The translations under genes and the position numbers were made by a program. The notes under the pieces were generated by a model. The model worked only from the letters and a program-made list of their open reading frames with translations. It was not told the origin of the DNA and did not search any database. Below, in pieces: positions 9,997 to 18,344 of a stretch of DNA of 64,000 nt (positions are counted from its first letter, which is position 1; the number at the start of each line of letters is the position of its first letter). The stretch comes from an uncultured Hyphomicrobiales bacterium (GTDB lineage Bacteria; Bacteroidota; Ignavibacteria; Kapaibacteriales; Kapaibacteriaceae), in NCBI GenBank assembly GCA_964620125.1, contig CAZUGQ010000011.1, positions 14,307-78,306 of the forward strand, given 5' to 3'.

Positions 9997-10776
9997 TCGC
10001 GCATTGTCGATGTTCTGCCAGCGCCGCTCCAGCATGAGTGCATACGAAGTAGTGATGACCATGAATGCAATACCAATTCTGTGCACCTTCGGTTGTGCGA
10101 TAAGAAGTAGTCCGATACTTGCTATAAGCAACAAACAGACCACGAGAGTGAGATTGATCGAATTCCGTGGTAGGGAGCGGGCAATACTCGGCATTTTGCT
10201 GACGACGTCTGTTGCTTCATCAAGGATGCTGAGCAACATGACATCAACTAGAACACACAGGCAACACCCGATGAATGCCAGCAGTGGCACCGCGAGTGCA
10301 TAAGCGAAGTGTGAGTTCGTATCGAGCACATAAAGAACGTACGGAATGCACCATGCCGCGAGTGTATAGGTAACGGCAACGTTTACATCCTTAACTACCC
10401 CAACCCATAGCAATCGAGATCTTTGCCAGATCACATGTGATAGAGTGAGCATCCCTATCATACATCCAGCAACAATGCCCTGCCATGGCATAAACCAGGC
10501 CGCAAGGAGCAAGGCGGCAACACCACTCGCAATAGCTGCTAGAAAGAGTACACGTTTGTGCCTGGCATGAAACCGATGCCGCGAGGTATCTGGCTGGTGA
10601 CTGGCGTTGCGAGTGTCAATCAACCTATCCAGGGTATACACACACCAAGAAGCCAGTGCGGCAATGACAAACCACCACCACGGCATGGAGATAGCGAAAG
10701 CTCGAGCAGCAACTAGACCTATTGCTATCACACCAAGTGCAACCTCGATGTTTAGATATCGAAGTACACGTATCAT
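9952..10776 (-). CDS. Polytopic membrane protein, UbiA prenyltransferase-like
   Basis: About 8 TM segments; YTLDRLID and D...D...PS acidic motifs. Confidence 0.5.
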   Translation of the reverse strand: MIRVLRYLNIEVALGVIAIGLVAARAFAISMPWWWFVIAALASWCVYTLDRLIDTRNASHQPDTSRHRFHARHKRVLFLAAIASGVAALLLAAWFMPWQGIVAGCMIGMLTLSHVIWQRSRLLWVGVVKDVNVAVTYTLAAWCIPYVLYVLDTNSHFAYALAVPLLAFIGCCLCVLVDVMLLSILDEATDVVSKMPSIARSLPRNSINLTLVVCLLLIASIGLLLIAQPKVHRIGIAFMVITTSYALMLERRWQNIDNARLLIDCTLLLGFTAI

Positions 10777-10782
10777 TCGCTG

Positions 10783-11211
10783 CTAGCGCTGCAGATCCTT
10801 GATCCTGGCAAGGTCGTGTCCCAAGTCTACAAGGTTTCTGATAACACCCTGTGTGAGCCCAAAGTAGATATCATCAAATCGGTTTAGTACATCGTTCGAT
10901 GCTGTGCTCACCATGGTTGCCAGGTTCTCGCGCAGATCATTTAACTGCTGGCCGAATTCCTGTTCCAGCAGTTTGTATCCCTCAGCACCGGGCTTGGTTC
11001 TCCTTAGCAAGGTATAAACCTTCCAAACGGCAGTGCCCGATGTTACGATGGTGTTGAACAGCTCAGGTTGGTTCGTTTGTGCACCAAGTTCCAACAGTAT
11101 CCCCACATCACTGCGTTTACGCAAGCCCCCTTCGATAGCCTCATCGAGAAAACCGAGTACAGCCTCCGTGTCAGGTGATAAAGAATTCATGCTGGTGTTT
11201 GCGTTCGACAT
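10783..11211 (-). CDS. Hypothetical helical protein
   Basis: Open frame co-directional with its neighbours, protein-like composition; start uncertain. Confidence 0.6.
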   Translation of the reverse strand: MSNANTSMNSLSPDTEAVLGFLDEAIEGGLRKRSDVGILLELGAQTNQPELFNTIVTSGTAVWKVYTLLRRTKPGAEGYKLLEQEFGQQLNDLRENLATMVSTASNDVLNRFDDIYFGLTQGVIRNLVDLGHDLARIKDLQR

Positions 11212-11283
11212 TCGAGGTGGTGGGTATGTACACAATGCATGGATAGCGGTAAACCATTCGCTGAGCGGCTCTGATGCAGTCCA

Positions 11284-11964
11284 TCAGTACTGAATGGTGG
11301 CAAGTATGCTGCGGAATGCTTGCTCCTGCTCTCTGTCTGCAGGGATCTCCCGCCCTGTTGACGCCAAGGGCACAAGTGCAAACTCATAGTGGCTCCCGGT
11401 GGTACTTGTGAACACGGCACATCGGGCACGCAAGCTTCCGGTTGTGGAGAAAGAGTACGTTCCAAACAGCCGTGTGCCCAGGGTGTCTACGGCGTAACTA
11501 TCAACCAGCTTAACCGCGCCACCACTCTTGCGTGCGTGAATGCCGAAGGCCACACGCGCCAATCCGAGCAGACCTTCGGTTTGCAGCACATCCTTGAACG
11601 AGGCTGCAGAAGGTACTGTGCTGAACACCGCGCTGAGCGTGTAATCTGGATTCACTGCCACTGTGATGATGTCTTCCGACGCAGTCGTGCCAACGTCAAG
11701 GAACAGCCATCCTTTCGGCAGCAGCGCAATCATGTCACCCGATCGACTTCGCACGAGCTCGTCTCCCATATCAAGAAGTGGAAGGGGGCTTGGAGCCTCG
11801 TGTTCGGCTACTGGTGGCTTCTGCTCTGGAGCTTTTACGAACAGACACGATGGCAGCAACACCAGGGCTAACAGTGATGCCCTGACTAGTGTGCCTAGTG
11901 CCACGACTGTTCTCCTGCCGTGATGGGAATACTCAGGGTATTGTAATAGGGAACGAGTGGACAC
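11284..11964 (-). CDS. Hypothetical lipoprotein (PsbP/DcrB-like fold possible)
   Basis: Hydrophobic stretch ending in lipobox-like LPSC; PKGW motif and terminal F..ILATI; start uncertain because it overlaps the DUF1684 gene. Confidence 0.55.
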   Translation of the reverse strand: MSTRSLLQYPEYSHHGRRTVVALGTLVRASLLALVLLPSCLFVKAPEQKPPVAEHEAPSPLPLLDMGDELVRSRSGDMIALLPKGWLFLDVGTTASEDIITVAVNPDYTLSAVFSTVPSAASFKDVLQTEGLLGLARVAFGIHARKSGGAVKLVDSYAVDTLGTRLFGTYSFSTTGSLRARCAVFTSTTGSHYEFALVPLASTGREIPADREQEQAFRSILATIQY

Positions 11965-12536
11965 GAGTAGTCGTAGTTATAGGCGCAGTATGGGTTGTAT
12001 GCGGTGTTGAAGTCAATGGTGTACGATCCGTCGGAAGCGCGTACTACTTCTACATACCTGCCGAGCTCGTAGGTTTCGGCACCATTGGTAGCATCACGGA
12101 AGGGCACGAAGAACGTTTCTGCCGGTGCAGGTTCAATGAATTGAAACACCCACAGCGTATGCTCAGCCCCCTGCACACTGAAAACAAGTCTGCCGGAGCG
12201 TATTGCCGTGCGCAGTTCATCCGTCGAGGTGCTCATGAGCACGGTGTCTATGTGTTCGGCTGCGATGAATGTTGCTGGGATAGCCCATGCTGCCGTGATT
12301 GGAAAGTAGTGGAGGCCTTTGAAGCCGATCCTGTCGTCGATCACCAGTGGACTCCACGATTCTTCGACGAAGGCGCGATCTTTCGCTGCACGAAACTCAC
12401 GGATACGGTCAACATCATAGCCATCAGCCGAGCGTGAGCCGCAGCCCATGAGCACGAGCAGGCACAGGCTGCACCATAGGACGATGTTCTTTGCAAGGTG
12501 TGCCGGTGATGTTTGATGATGGAAATGGTGCAGCAC
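11895..12536 (-). CDS. DUF1684 domain-containing lipoprotein
   Basis: LMGC lipobox; FVPFRDATNG.ETY..GRY and DFNTAYNPYCAYN..YSCP. Confidence 0.9.
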   Translation of the reverse strand: MLHHFHHQTSPAHLAKNIVLWCSLCLLVLMGCGSRSADGYDVDRIREFRAAKDRAFVEESWSPLVIDDRIGFKGLHYFPITAAWAIPATFIAAEHIDTVLMSTSTDELRTAIRSGRLVFSVQGAEHTLWVFQFIEPAPAETFFVPFRDATNGAETYELGRYVEVVRASDGSYTIDFNTAYNPYCAYNYDYSCPLVPYYNTLSIPITAGEQSWH

Positions 12537-12548
12537 GCGCGGTTAACC

Positions 12549-13085
12549 CTAGAAGGAGTTGCGGAACATCATGGATTCTACCGGAAGCGGAGTACGAGCC
12601 GTATACTTTGCCGATGACTTCTGATTGTACGGGTTGAGTACGCTGCCACTCACCTCGAAATAGATGAGCTGACCAATGGGCATACCGGCATATACACGGA
12701 CGGGCATTTTTACACTGATCTCCAGTGTCCAGTAGTTGCAGAAACCGATATCGCCCTTGCCTGCCGTTGCATGAATGTCGATACCCAGTCGGCCAACACT
12801 ACTCTTACCTTCAAGGAAGGGCACATGTTTATGGGTTTCGGTGTATTCGTGTGTGACGCCCAGGTAGAGGACGTTGGGCTGCAACACGATTCCCTCGGTA
12901 GGGATTTCGAACGTGGTGATGTGGTTGTGTTGCCGAGCGTCCAAAACCTCGTCGTTATACGTTGCCAGTGTCTTACCCAGGTGAACGTCGTAGGAATTAC
13001 TTCCTAGTCGAGCAGGATCGAAGGGCTCGATAACGATTGAGCCTTCGGCCATGCAGGCAAGGATTTGGGAGTCGGTGAGGATCAT
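12549..13085 (-). CDS. dcd: dCTP deaminase
   Basis: MILTD, NSYDVHLG, LEGKSSVGRLG, AGKGDIGF, WTLEI, GQLIYF. Confidence 0.95.
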   Translation of the reverse strand: MILTDSQILACMAEGSIVIEPFDPARLGSNSYDVHLGKTLATYNDEVLDARQHNHITTFEIPTEGIVLQPNVLYLGVTHEYTETHKHVPFLEGKSSVGRLGIDIHATAGKGDIGFCNYWTLEISVKMPVRVYAGMPIGQLIYFEVSGSVLNPYNQKSSAKYTARTPLPVESMMFRNSF

Positions 13086-13088
13086 GGG

Positions 13089-13096
13089 CAAATGTA
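13089..13096 (-). promoter_or_regulatory. -7 promoter element TACATTTG, 3 nt before the dcd ATG
   Basis: Exact TAnnTTTG match on the minus strand. Confidence 0.55.
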
Positions 13097-13097
13097 C

Positions 13098-13160
13098 AGG
13101 GACTGGAGGGACTGGAGGGACTGGAGGGACTGGAGGGACTGGAGGGACTAGAGGGACTAG
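13098..13160 (+). repeat. 9-bp tandem repeat: (AGGGACTGG)x5 followed by (AGGGACTAG)x2
   Basis: Read directly from the sequence. Confidence 0.97.
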
Positions 13161-13179
13161 AGGTGAGGGGGTAGGGGGT

Positions 13180-13238
13180 AGGGTTATGGGGTTATAGGGT
13201 TATAGGGTTATAGGGTTAAGAGGGTTATAGGGTTAAGA
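13180..13238 (+). repeat. About 7 copies of an 8-9 bp repeat AGGGTTAT/AGGGTTAAG (GGGTTA core)
   Basis: Read directly from the sequence. Confidence 0.93.
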
Positions 13239-13264
13239 GGGTGGTGGTGGATAGGTGAGTGAGG

Positions 13265-13999
13265 TTACTCCATTTCGAAGGTGGCGTTCACTGTGGCGCG
13301 GATGGTGAGTTCGCCGGCTTCGACGGGTGTGCCTGCATCGGATGCGGCGAGTTCTGCTATGGCGTACGACTTACGAAGGTATGCTGGTTGGTATCCTACG
13401 TTGTCTTCGAGTTTGACGACCTTGCCTAGGCGGGCCCCGGCGGCGGTGGCCATAGCTTCTGCGCGGGAGCGAGCGTTGCGTGTTGCCTCAACACGTAGGC
13501 TATCGCGGATGGCAGTTTCCTTACTTGAGCTGAAGAAAACACCGTGGAGGAGATTGCTGCCACCGGCTACACCAAGGTTAACAACGTCATCAACGTTGGA
13601 GAGATCCCTTACGGTAATCGTAACCACGTTACGCATACGGTAGCGCAGCAACTCTTGTCGGCCATCCTTGTAGTTGTAAACAGGCTCGATAGTAAGCTGC
13701 GAGGTTTGCACGTCCTTGTCGGCAATACCGAGCTTCTTCACTCCATCGATAATGGCGCGCACCCGTTGATCATTGGCTGCCTTGAGCTTGGTAACGTCGA
13801 GGCCATCCGTCTCGACGCCGATGGAAACCGACGCACGGTCGGGCGTTACCACGGCCTCCGCTTCGCCGGAAACGAGGACAAGGCGGCGGGGGTCGAAGGG
13901 TTGCGCTGAGAGAGGGACTAGAGGGACTAGAGGGACTAGAGGGAGAAGAGGGGAGATACCGAGGGAGAGGAGGAGAGAGGTGATGATGATTCGAATCAT
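13265..13999 (-). CDS. SIMPL (DUF541) domain periplasmic protein
   Basis: Signal peptide; V.GEAE..VTPDRA, G...KDVQT, A..NA..RAEAMA.AAG..LG, P..AGE motifs; ATGA overlap with the ABC-F stop. Confidence 0.9.
   Translation of the reverse strand: MIRIIITSLLLSLGISPLLPLVPLVPLVPLSAQPFDPRRLVLVSGEAEAVVTPDRASVSIGVETDGLDVTKLKAANDQRVRAIIDGVKKLGIADKDVQTSQLTIEPVYNYKDGRQELLRYRMRNVVTITVRDLSNVDDVVNLGVAGGSNLLHGVFFSSSKETAIRDSLRVEATRNARSRAEAMATAAGARLGKVVKLEDNVGYQPAYLRKSYAIAELAASDAGTPVEAGELTIRATVNATFEME
13913..13939 (+). repeat. (AGGGACTAG)x3 inside the SIMPL signal peptide, encoding PLV repeats
   Basis: Same unit as the last two copies at 13143-13160. Confidence 0.95.
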
Positions 14000-15966
14000 G
14001 AGTTTGCCTCCAGTGTTTTTTGTGCTGATTCCCATTCTGCCATGAGCGTATCAAGTAACATACGGGCGGTTTCGTAGCGTTGAGTGGTTTTGTGTTGCAG
14101 GACTGGATCCTTGTACAGTTCTGGGTTTGCGAGTGCTGACTCGCATTCAAGAATGGTTCGTTCTTGTACAGATACCTGACGTTCGATGTCAACGATTCGT
14201 TGTTCCAGTTTCTTCCTTTCGCGTGCCAGAGCCTTCTGCTCCTCGCGAGAGGTTCTGATTTGAACCGTGGTTGACTCCGAGTGCCGGGGACTTACGTCCC
14301 CGGCACTCGTATCGTGGCCAGAGTGCCGGGAACTTATGTTCCCGGCACTCTGGCCAACCTTCAAATCTGCACGATACGCATCCTCATAATCCCCTACAAC
14401 CTCGCGAATATGCCCGCCACGGAACACATACACCCTGTCTGTTAACCCATCAAGAAAGTCCCGGTCATGGCTTACTACAATCATAGCTCCATCGTAATCC
14501 ATAAGTGCCTGCTTGAGCACCTCCTTGCTTAACATGTCCAAGTGGTTGGTGGGCTCGTCGAGCACTAAAAGATTTACAGGCTGGAGAAGAAGCCGGGCAA
14601 GGGCAAGCCGACTCTTCTCGCCACCACTTAACACACTGACTCGTTTGTTTACATCATCCCCACTAAACAGAAACGCACCCAGGAGGGATCGGACACGTGC
14701 TCTCATCTCGGCCGGTGCTGCCTGCTCAAGTGATTCAAGCACGGTGTTCTGCCCTACCAGCAAATCAGCCTGCTGCTGAGCATAGTAGCCGATGTTCACT
14801 CCATAGCCATGCCGAACTTCACCAGCAGTGGCGTGCTCCTGCTGAATGATGATCTTACTTAGCGTAGACTTACCCTCACCGTTCCGACCGAGAAAAGCTA
14901 CCTTCTCTCCACGCTCTAAGGCAAAATCTACTCCACGCAACACATGCTTTTCACCGTAGTGCTTATGCACGCCAATACACTCAACAACAACTCTTCCCGA
15001 TCGAGGGGCCGGTGGAAAGTGGAAACGCATGGCGCTTACGTCAACATCCTCTACTTCCACCTGCTCCATCCGCTGCAGGTGCTTTATGCGACTCTGCACT
15101 CGAGACGCCAGTGAAGCTTTGTATCGAAAACGATCGATGAACTTCTGCACATGTGCGCGCTCGCGCGCCTGCTTGATCGCTGCACTGCGCTGCTGCTCAA
15201 GGCGTTCGTCGCGGATCTCCTCGTAATCGCTGTATGATGCGGGAACGTCGTGTATGCGCGACTGCGTGATCTCGATGGTTCGGTTGGTAACGTTGTCCAG
15301 AAAGGTGCGGTCGTGAGAAACAAGTACCACAACACCGTCATACGCAGATAGGAATTCCTCCAACCACTGCACACTCTCGATGTCCAGATGGTTGGTGGGC
15401 TCGTCGAGCAAGAGCACGTCCGGACGGCTTAACAGAAGCTTGCCAAGCTCTGCACGCATTTGCCAGCCTCCTGAAAAACTTGTAAGTGGCTTGTCCAGAT
15501 CGGTTGGCTCAAATCCTAAACCAGTAAGTACACGTTCAACATCGGCATGCATGGTAAGGCCACCCCTACGCTCGAACTGCTCATGCGCATCGGTTAGACG
15601 CTGCACGGTTTGCATGTAGTCGTCGGACTCATAGTCCGTCCGGTTGTCAATGTTCTTATGCAGTTCGTCAATCCGCTGCTGAATGCGCAGCACATCCGTA
15701 AATGCGAGCATGGCAGTTTCGCGGAGGCTTAGGCCAACATCAACCGTGAGATCCTGACTCAGCAATCCAATGCGAATGTTGTTCTGCCTGTGAACTTCCC
15801 CCCCCGTTGGCTGCCGGTCTCCGTGCATGATGCCAAGCATGGTGCTCTTTCCGGCACCGTTTCGACCAACAAGCCCAACACGGTCGCCACGCTGCAACAG
15901 AAAACTCACATTCCGAAACAACAGGCGGGTACCAAGGTCTAACTCAACGTTTTGAAGTGTGATCAT
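13996..15966 (-). CDS. ABC-F family ATP-binding protein (Uup/YheS-like)
   Basis: Two ABC domains (GRNGAGKS, FSGGWQMR, LLLDEPTNHLD; GRNGEGKS, LSGGEKSR), no TM segments, C-terminal coiled coil. Confidence 0.93.
   Translation of the reverse strand: MITLQNVELDLGTRLLFRNVSFLLQRGDRVGLVGRNGAGKSTMLGIMHGDRQPTGGEVHRQNNIRIGLLSQDLTVDVGLSLRETAMLAFTDVLRIQQRIDELHKNIDNRTDYESDDYMQTVQRLTDAHEQFERRGGLTMHADVERVLTGLGFEPTDLDKPLTSFSGGWQMRAELGKLLLSRPDVLLLDEPTNHLDIESVQWLEEFLSAYDGVVVLVSHDRTFLDNVTNRTIEITQSRIHDVPASYSDYEEIRDERLEQQRSAAIKQARERAHVQKFIDRFRYKASLASRVQSRIKHLQRMEQVEVEDVDVSAMRFHFPPAPRSGRVVVECIGVHKHYGEKHVLRGVDFALERGEKVAFLGRNGEGKSTLSKIIIQQEHATAGEVRHGYGVNIGYYAQQQADLLVGQNTVLESLEQAAPAEMRARVRSLLGAFLFSGDDVNKRVSVLSGGEKSRLALARLLLQPVNLLVLDEPTNHLDMLSKEVLKQALMDYDGAMIVVSHDRDFLDGLTDRVYVFRGGHIREVVGDYEDAYRADLKVGQSAGNISSRHSGHDTSAGDVSPRHSESTTVQIRTSREEQKALARERKKLEQRIVDIERQVSVQERTILECESALANPELYKDPVLQHKTTQRYETARMLLDTLMAEWESAQKTLEANS
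14278..14356. repeat. Two tandem perfect palindromes (REP-like) inside the ABC-F CDS
   Basis: 14278-14309: CGAGTGCCGGGGAC-ttac-GTCCCCGGCACTCG (14-bp stem); 14315-14356: TGGCCAGAGTGCCGGGAAC-ttat-GTTCCCGGCACTCTGGCCA (19-bp stem). Confidence 0.95.
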
Positions 15967-17252
15967 GATTCCTTCTTCTCACGCAACAAACTCAGTGCGG
16001 CATCAAGCACAACTTCAGCGCAAGCACGCTTCGACATGGGTGGGTAGGGGGCTTGGGTATCGCGAGTAACGAGTGTAATGGTGTTCATTCCTGGTCCGAA
16101 ACCTCCATGCTCCACACCGGCTTGATTGGCAACGATCATGTCGGCACGTTTGGTGTGAAGTTTTCGTGCAGCATTCTCCAGAACGTGATCCGTTTCGAGG
16201 GCAAATCCAACAACGACCTGACTCTCGCTCTTGTTCTCTCCCAGCCAGGCAAGAATGTCGGGTGTGCGCTCAAGGTGCAGTGTGAGTCCTTCGCGGTTGG
16301 CATCGGTCTTCTTCAACTTGCCTTCCATGGGTTCGGATGGTGTAAAGTCGGCCACGGCTGCAGCCATCAATATCACGTCGGCATTAGCATGAATGCGCAC
16401 AGCTTCAAACATGTCCTGTGCGGTTCGAACATCAATCCTGTGAACTCCTCGAGGTGTGGCCTTGTGGACTGGACCTGCGATAAGCGTTACAAGGTAGCCA
16501 CGCTCGGCAGCTGCTTCTGCAAGAGCAAAACCCATGGTGCCTGTGCTGTGATTCACAATGCTCCGAACAGCATCAATAGGCTCCACGGTGGGTCCGGCAG
16601 TAACCAGTACTGTGCGGCTGCCAGGTGTATTGCCACTGGCCGGTAGCTGCTCAGTGTTCTGCTCTGCACGGGCTGATGTGCGCAGGTTCACGCTACGGGT
16701 ATGGTCGGTACCAAGGGGTGCATGGATGGATACAACCGTGAGGATGTCGGCAACATCGGGGAGGCGTCCGGTACCTGTAAGTCCAGATGCAAGTTCTCCC
16801 GACTGCGGTTCGATGAGGATGGCACCATCCTTTTTCAACTGCGCGATGTTGCGCTGAGTGGCGGGGTGCTCCCACATGTCTGCATCCATTGCGGGGGCGA
16901 TAATCAACGGCGTTGATTTTGGCAACGAACAAGCAACAAGGGTAACGGCACTGTCGGCCTGAGCAACCACCAACCGGGCAAGCGTGGAAGAGCTGCAAGG
17001 GGCGATGAGCATGGCGTGAGCCCACTGTGCCATGTGCACATGCCAAGAGCCCCCTTCCTGAATCTCTGGGTCGAAGGGATCCATGATAACGTGATGCCTA
17101 CTCGTTGCCTCCAATGCAAGCGGAGCAACGAAGTGGGCAGCGGATGCCGTCATCACAACACGAACGTCATGGCCTGCTCGCCGAAGGTCGCGCACGATCC
17201 ACGGTGCCTTGTAGGCCGAAACGGAGCCGGAGATTCCAAGAACGATGTTCAT
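15963..17252 (-). CDS. coaBC: Bifunctional phosphopantothenoylcysteine decarboxylase / phosphopantothenate-cysteine ligase
   Basis: GISGSVSAYK, APAMD..MW, G.LAS...G.GRL, VTAGPT.E.ID.VR...N.STG.MG, AAVADF, VGFALET. Confidence 0.95.
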   Translation of the reverse strand: MNIVLGISGSVSAYKAPWIVRDLRRAGHDVRVVMTASAAHFVAPLALEATSRHHVIMDPFDPEIQEGGSWHVHMAQWAHAMLIAPCSSSTLARLVVAQADSAVTLVACSLPKSTPLIIAPAMDADMWEHPATQRNIAQLKKDGAILIEPQSGELASGLTGTGRLPDVADILTVVSIHAPLGTDHTRSVNLRTSARAEQNTEQLPASGNTPGSRTVLVTAGPTVEPIDAVRSIVNHSTGTMGFALAEAAAERGYLVTLIAGPVHKATPRGVHRIDVRTAQDMFEAVRIHANADVILMAAAVADFTPSEPMEGKLKKTDANREGLTLHLERTPDILAWLGENKSESQVVVGFALETDHVLENAARKLHTKRADMIVANQAGVEHGGFGPGMNTITLVTRDTQAPYPPMSKRACAEVVLDAALSLLREKKES

Positions 17253-17289
17253 GGCGTTTCCCTGTATCCTAGTGAGGTGTGGTACCAAC

Positions 17290-17321
17290 AAAAAAAGCCA
17301 TCGCGGTGAACCGGATGGCTT
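17290..17321 (-). terminator. Intrinsic terminator downstream of rpoZ
   Basis: Minus strand AAGCCATC-loop-GATGGCTT running into a T-tract. Confidence 0.7.
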
Positions 17322-17339
17322 CATGAGTTGGTAATGCTG

Positions 17340-17636
17340 TTACTCCGTAGCGTCGGACTTAACGTGGATCTGCCCGCCAACCATTTCCTTCATGGCAAGA
17401 AACGTTGGCTTCGGAATGCGATCAAACTCCTTGCTGATGGCAATCTGATCTAGGTTTGGGCCCTCGGCTTCGTCCGAGTCAATGATCACGTCGGCAAGCC
17501 GCTCATAAATCTGCGTTTTGATCTGGTCGTTGATCTGCCGTGCGCGCAAGCCCATGGCTACGATGCTTTCGTAGATGGATCCCTTGGCGCTTTCTTCCAT
17601 GCGAACAACAACCGGGTTTACGATATAGGTGCTCAT
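17340..17636 (-). CDS. rpoZ: RNA polymerase omega subunit (Bacteroidota type)
   Basis: SIYESIV....RARQIN, QIAISKEF...PKPT..A; lies directly upstream of coaBC, the usual context. Confidence 0.85.
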   Translation of the reverse strand: MSTYIVNPVVVRMEESAKGSIYESIVAMGLRARQINDQIKTQIYERLADVIIDSDEAEGPNLDQIAISKEFDRIPKPTFLAMKEMVGGQIHVKSDATE

Positions 17637-17663
17637 TGGTCTCCGGGGGATTGAAGCGAACGG

Positions 17664-17671
17664 CAAAGATA
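17664..17671 (-). promoter_or_regulatory. -7 promoter element TATCTTTG upstream of rpoZ
   Basis: Exact TAnnTTTG match. Confidence 0.55.
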
Positions 17672-17748
17672 AGGAGAGCTACAAAAGGATCAATGGCGTT
17701 TCTTTTCGGCCGAGATGCCAGGTTCCTTGGGTACGGGTGGACCAGCGG

Positions 17749-18150
17749 CTACCTGTCCAGGAATCGAGATGCTTCGGCTTGGGTTGGCAAGCGGCATGAG
17801 GAGCGCCGTCCAAACCATCGGTATCGATTGCGTGCTACCCACCGATAAACAGCGTTGGCAAGCCACACAGGGATGATGCTGGCGATGCTGCCAAACAGTC
17901 GTATCCACCAGGGACGCATACGGTGGGCGAGGAAGAGAACGGCTGCTGATTCCATGAAGAGTTCACCGTTGTGAACAACGTACACGGTGTGGGGTGCATC
18001 GAACACGCCATGCTCGCGCAGCAGCTTGGAGCCGCGTTCGCCTTGGAAGGACGCAAACAGGATTTCATCCGTCCGGTCATGTCGAAGGATGAAGTCTACA
18101 GCACTGTTGCACAGGTTACAGACTCCGTCGAAAATCACAATGGTACTCAT
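17749..18150 (-). CDS. DCC1-like thiol-disulfide oxidoreductase (DUF393)
   Basis: IFDGVCNLCN and YRWVARNRYRWFGR..SC. Confidence 0.92.
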   Translation of the reverse strand: MSTIVIFDGVCNLCNSAVDFILRHDRTDEILFASFQGERGSKLLREHGVFDAPHTVYVVHNGELFMESAAVLFLAHRMRPWWIRLFGSIASIIPVWLANAVYRWVARNRYRWFGRRSSCRLPTQAEASRFLDR

Positions 18151-18344
18151 GGTTATGGGAGCAAATCTCTTACACGCATCACAAAGTACTCTGCGTCTTA
18201 ACCCGAGTACCACACATTTGGTATCGTTGGCAAACAGTACGCTGACGGTTGGTGTGGAGAACAAAATCAACGTGGAGTAACAAAGTTGGCCTTCTGTTTG
18301 TTATCTCGTAGAGGGCCAAACACATTGTGAACCAGGAGGTCGAG

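Noticed and set aside
13098-13260. Tandem repeats as a CRISPR array or a true telomere
   Set aside because: Units are 8-9 bp with no unique spacers, there are no cas genes, and the block is internal between two ordinary genes
14278-14356. Palindrome pair as a mini-CRISPR or intrinsic terminator
   Set aside because: Only two copies 5 nt apart, no U-tract on either strand, and located inside an intact CDS
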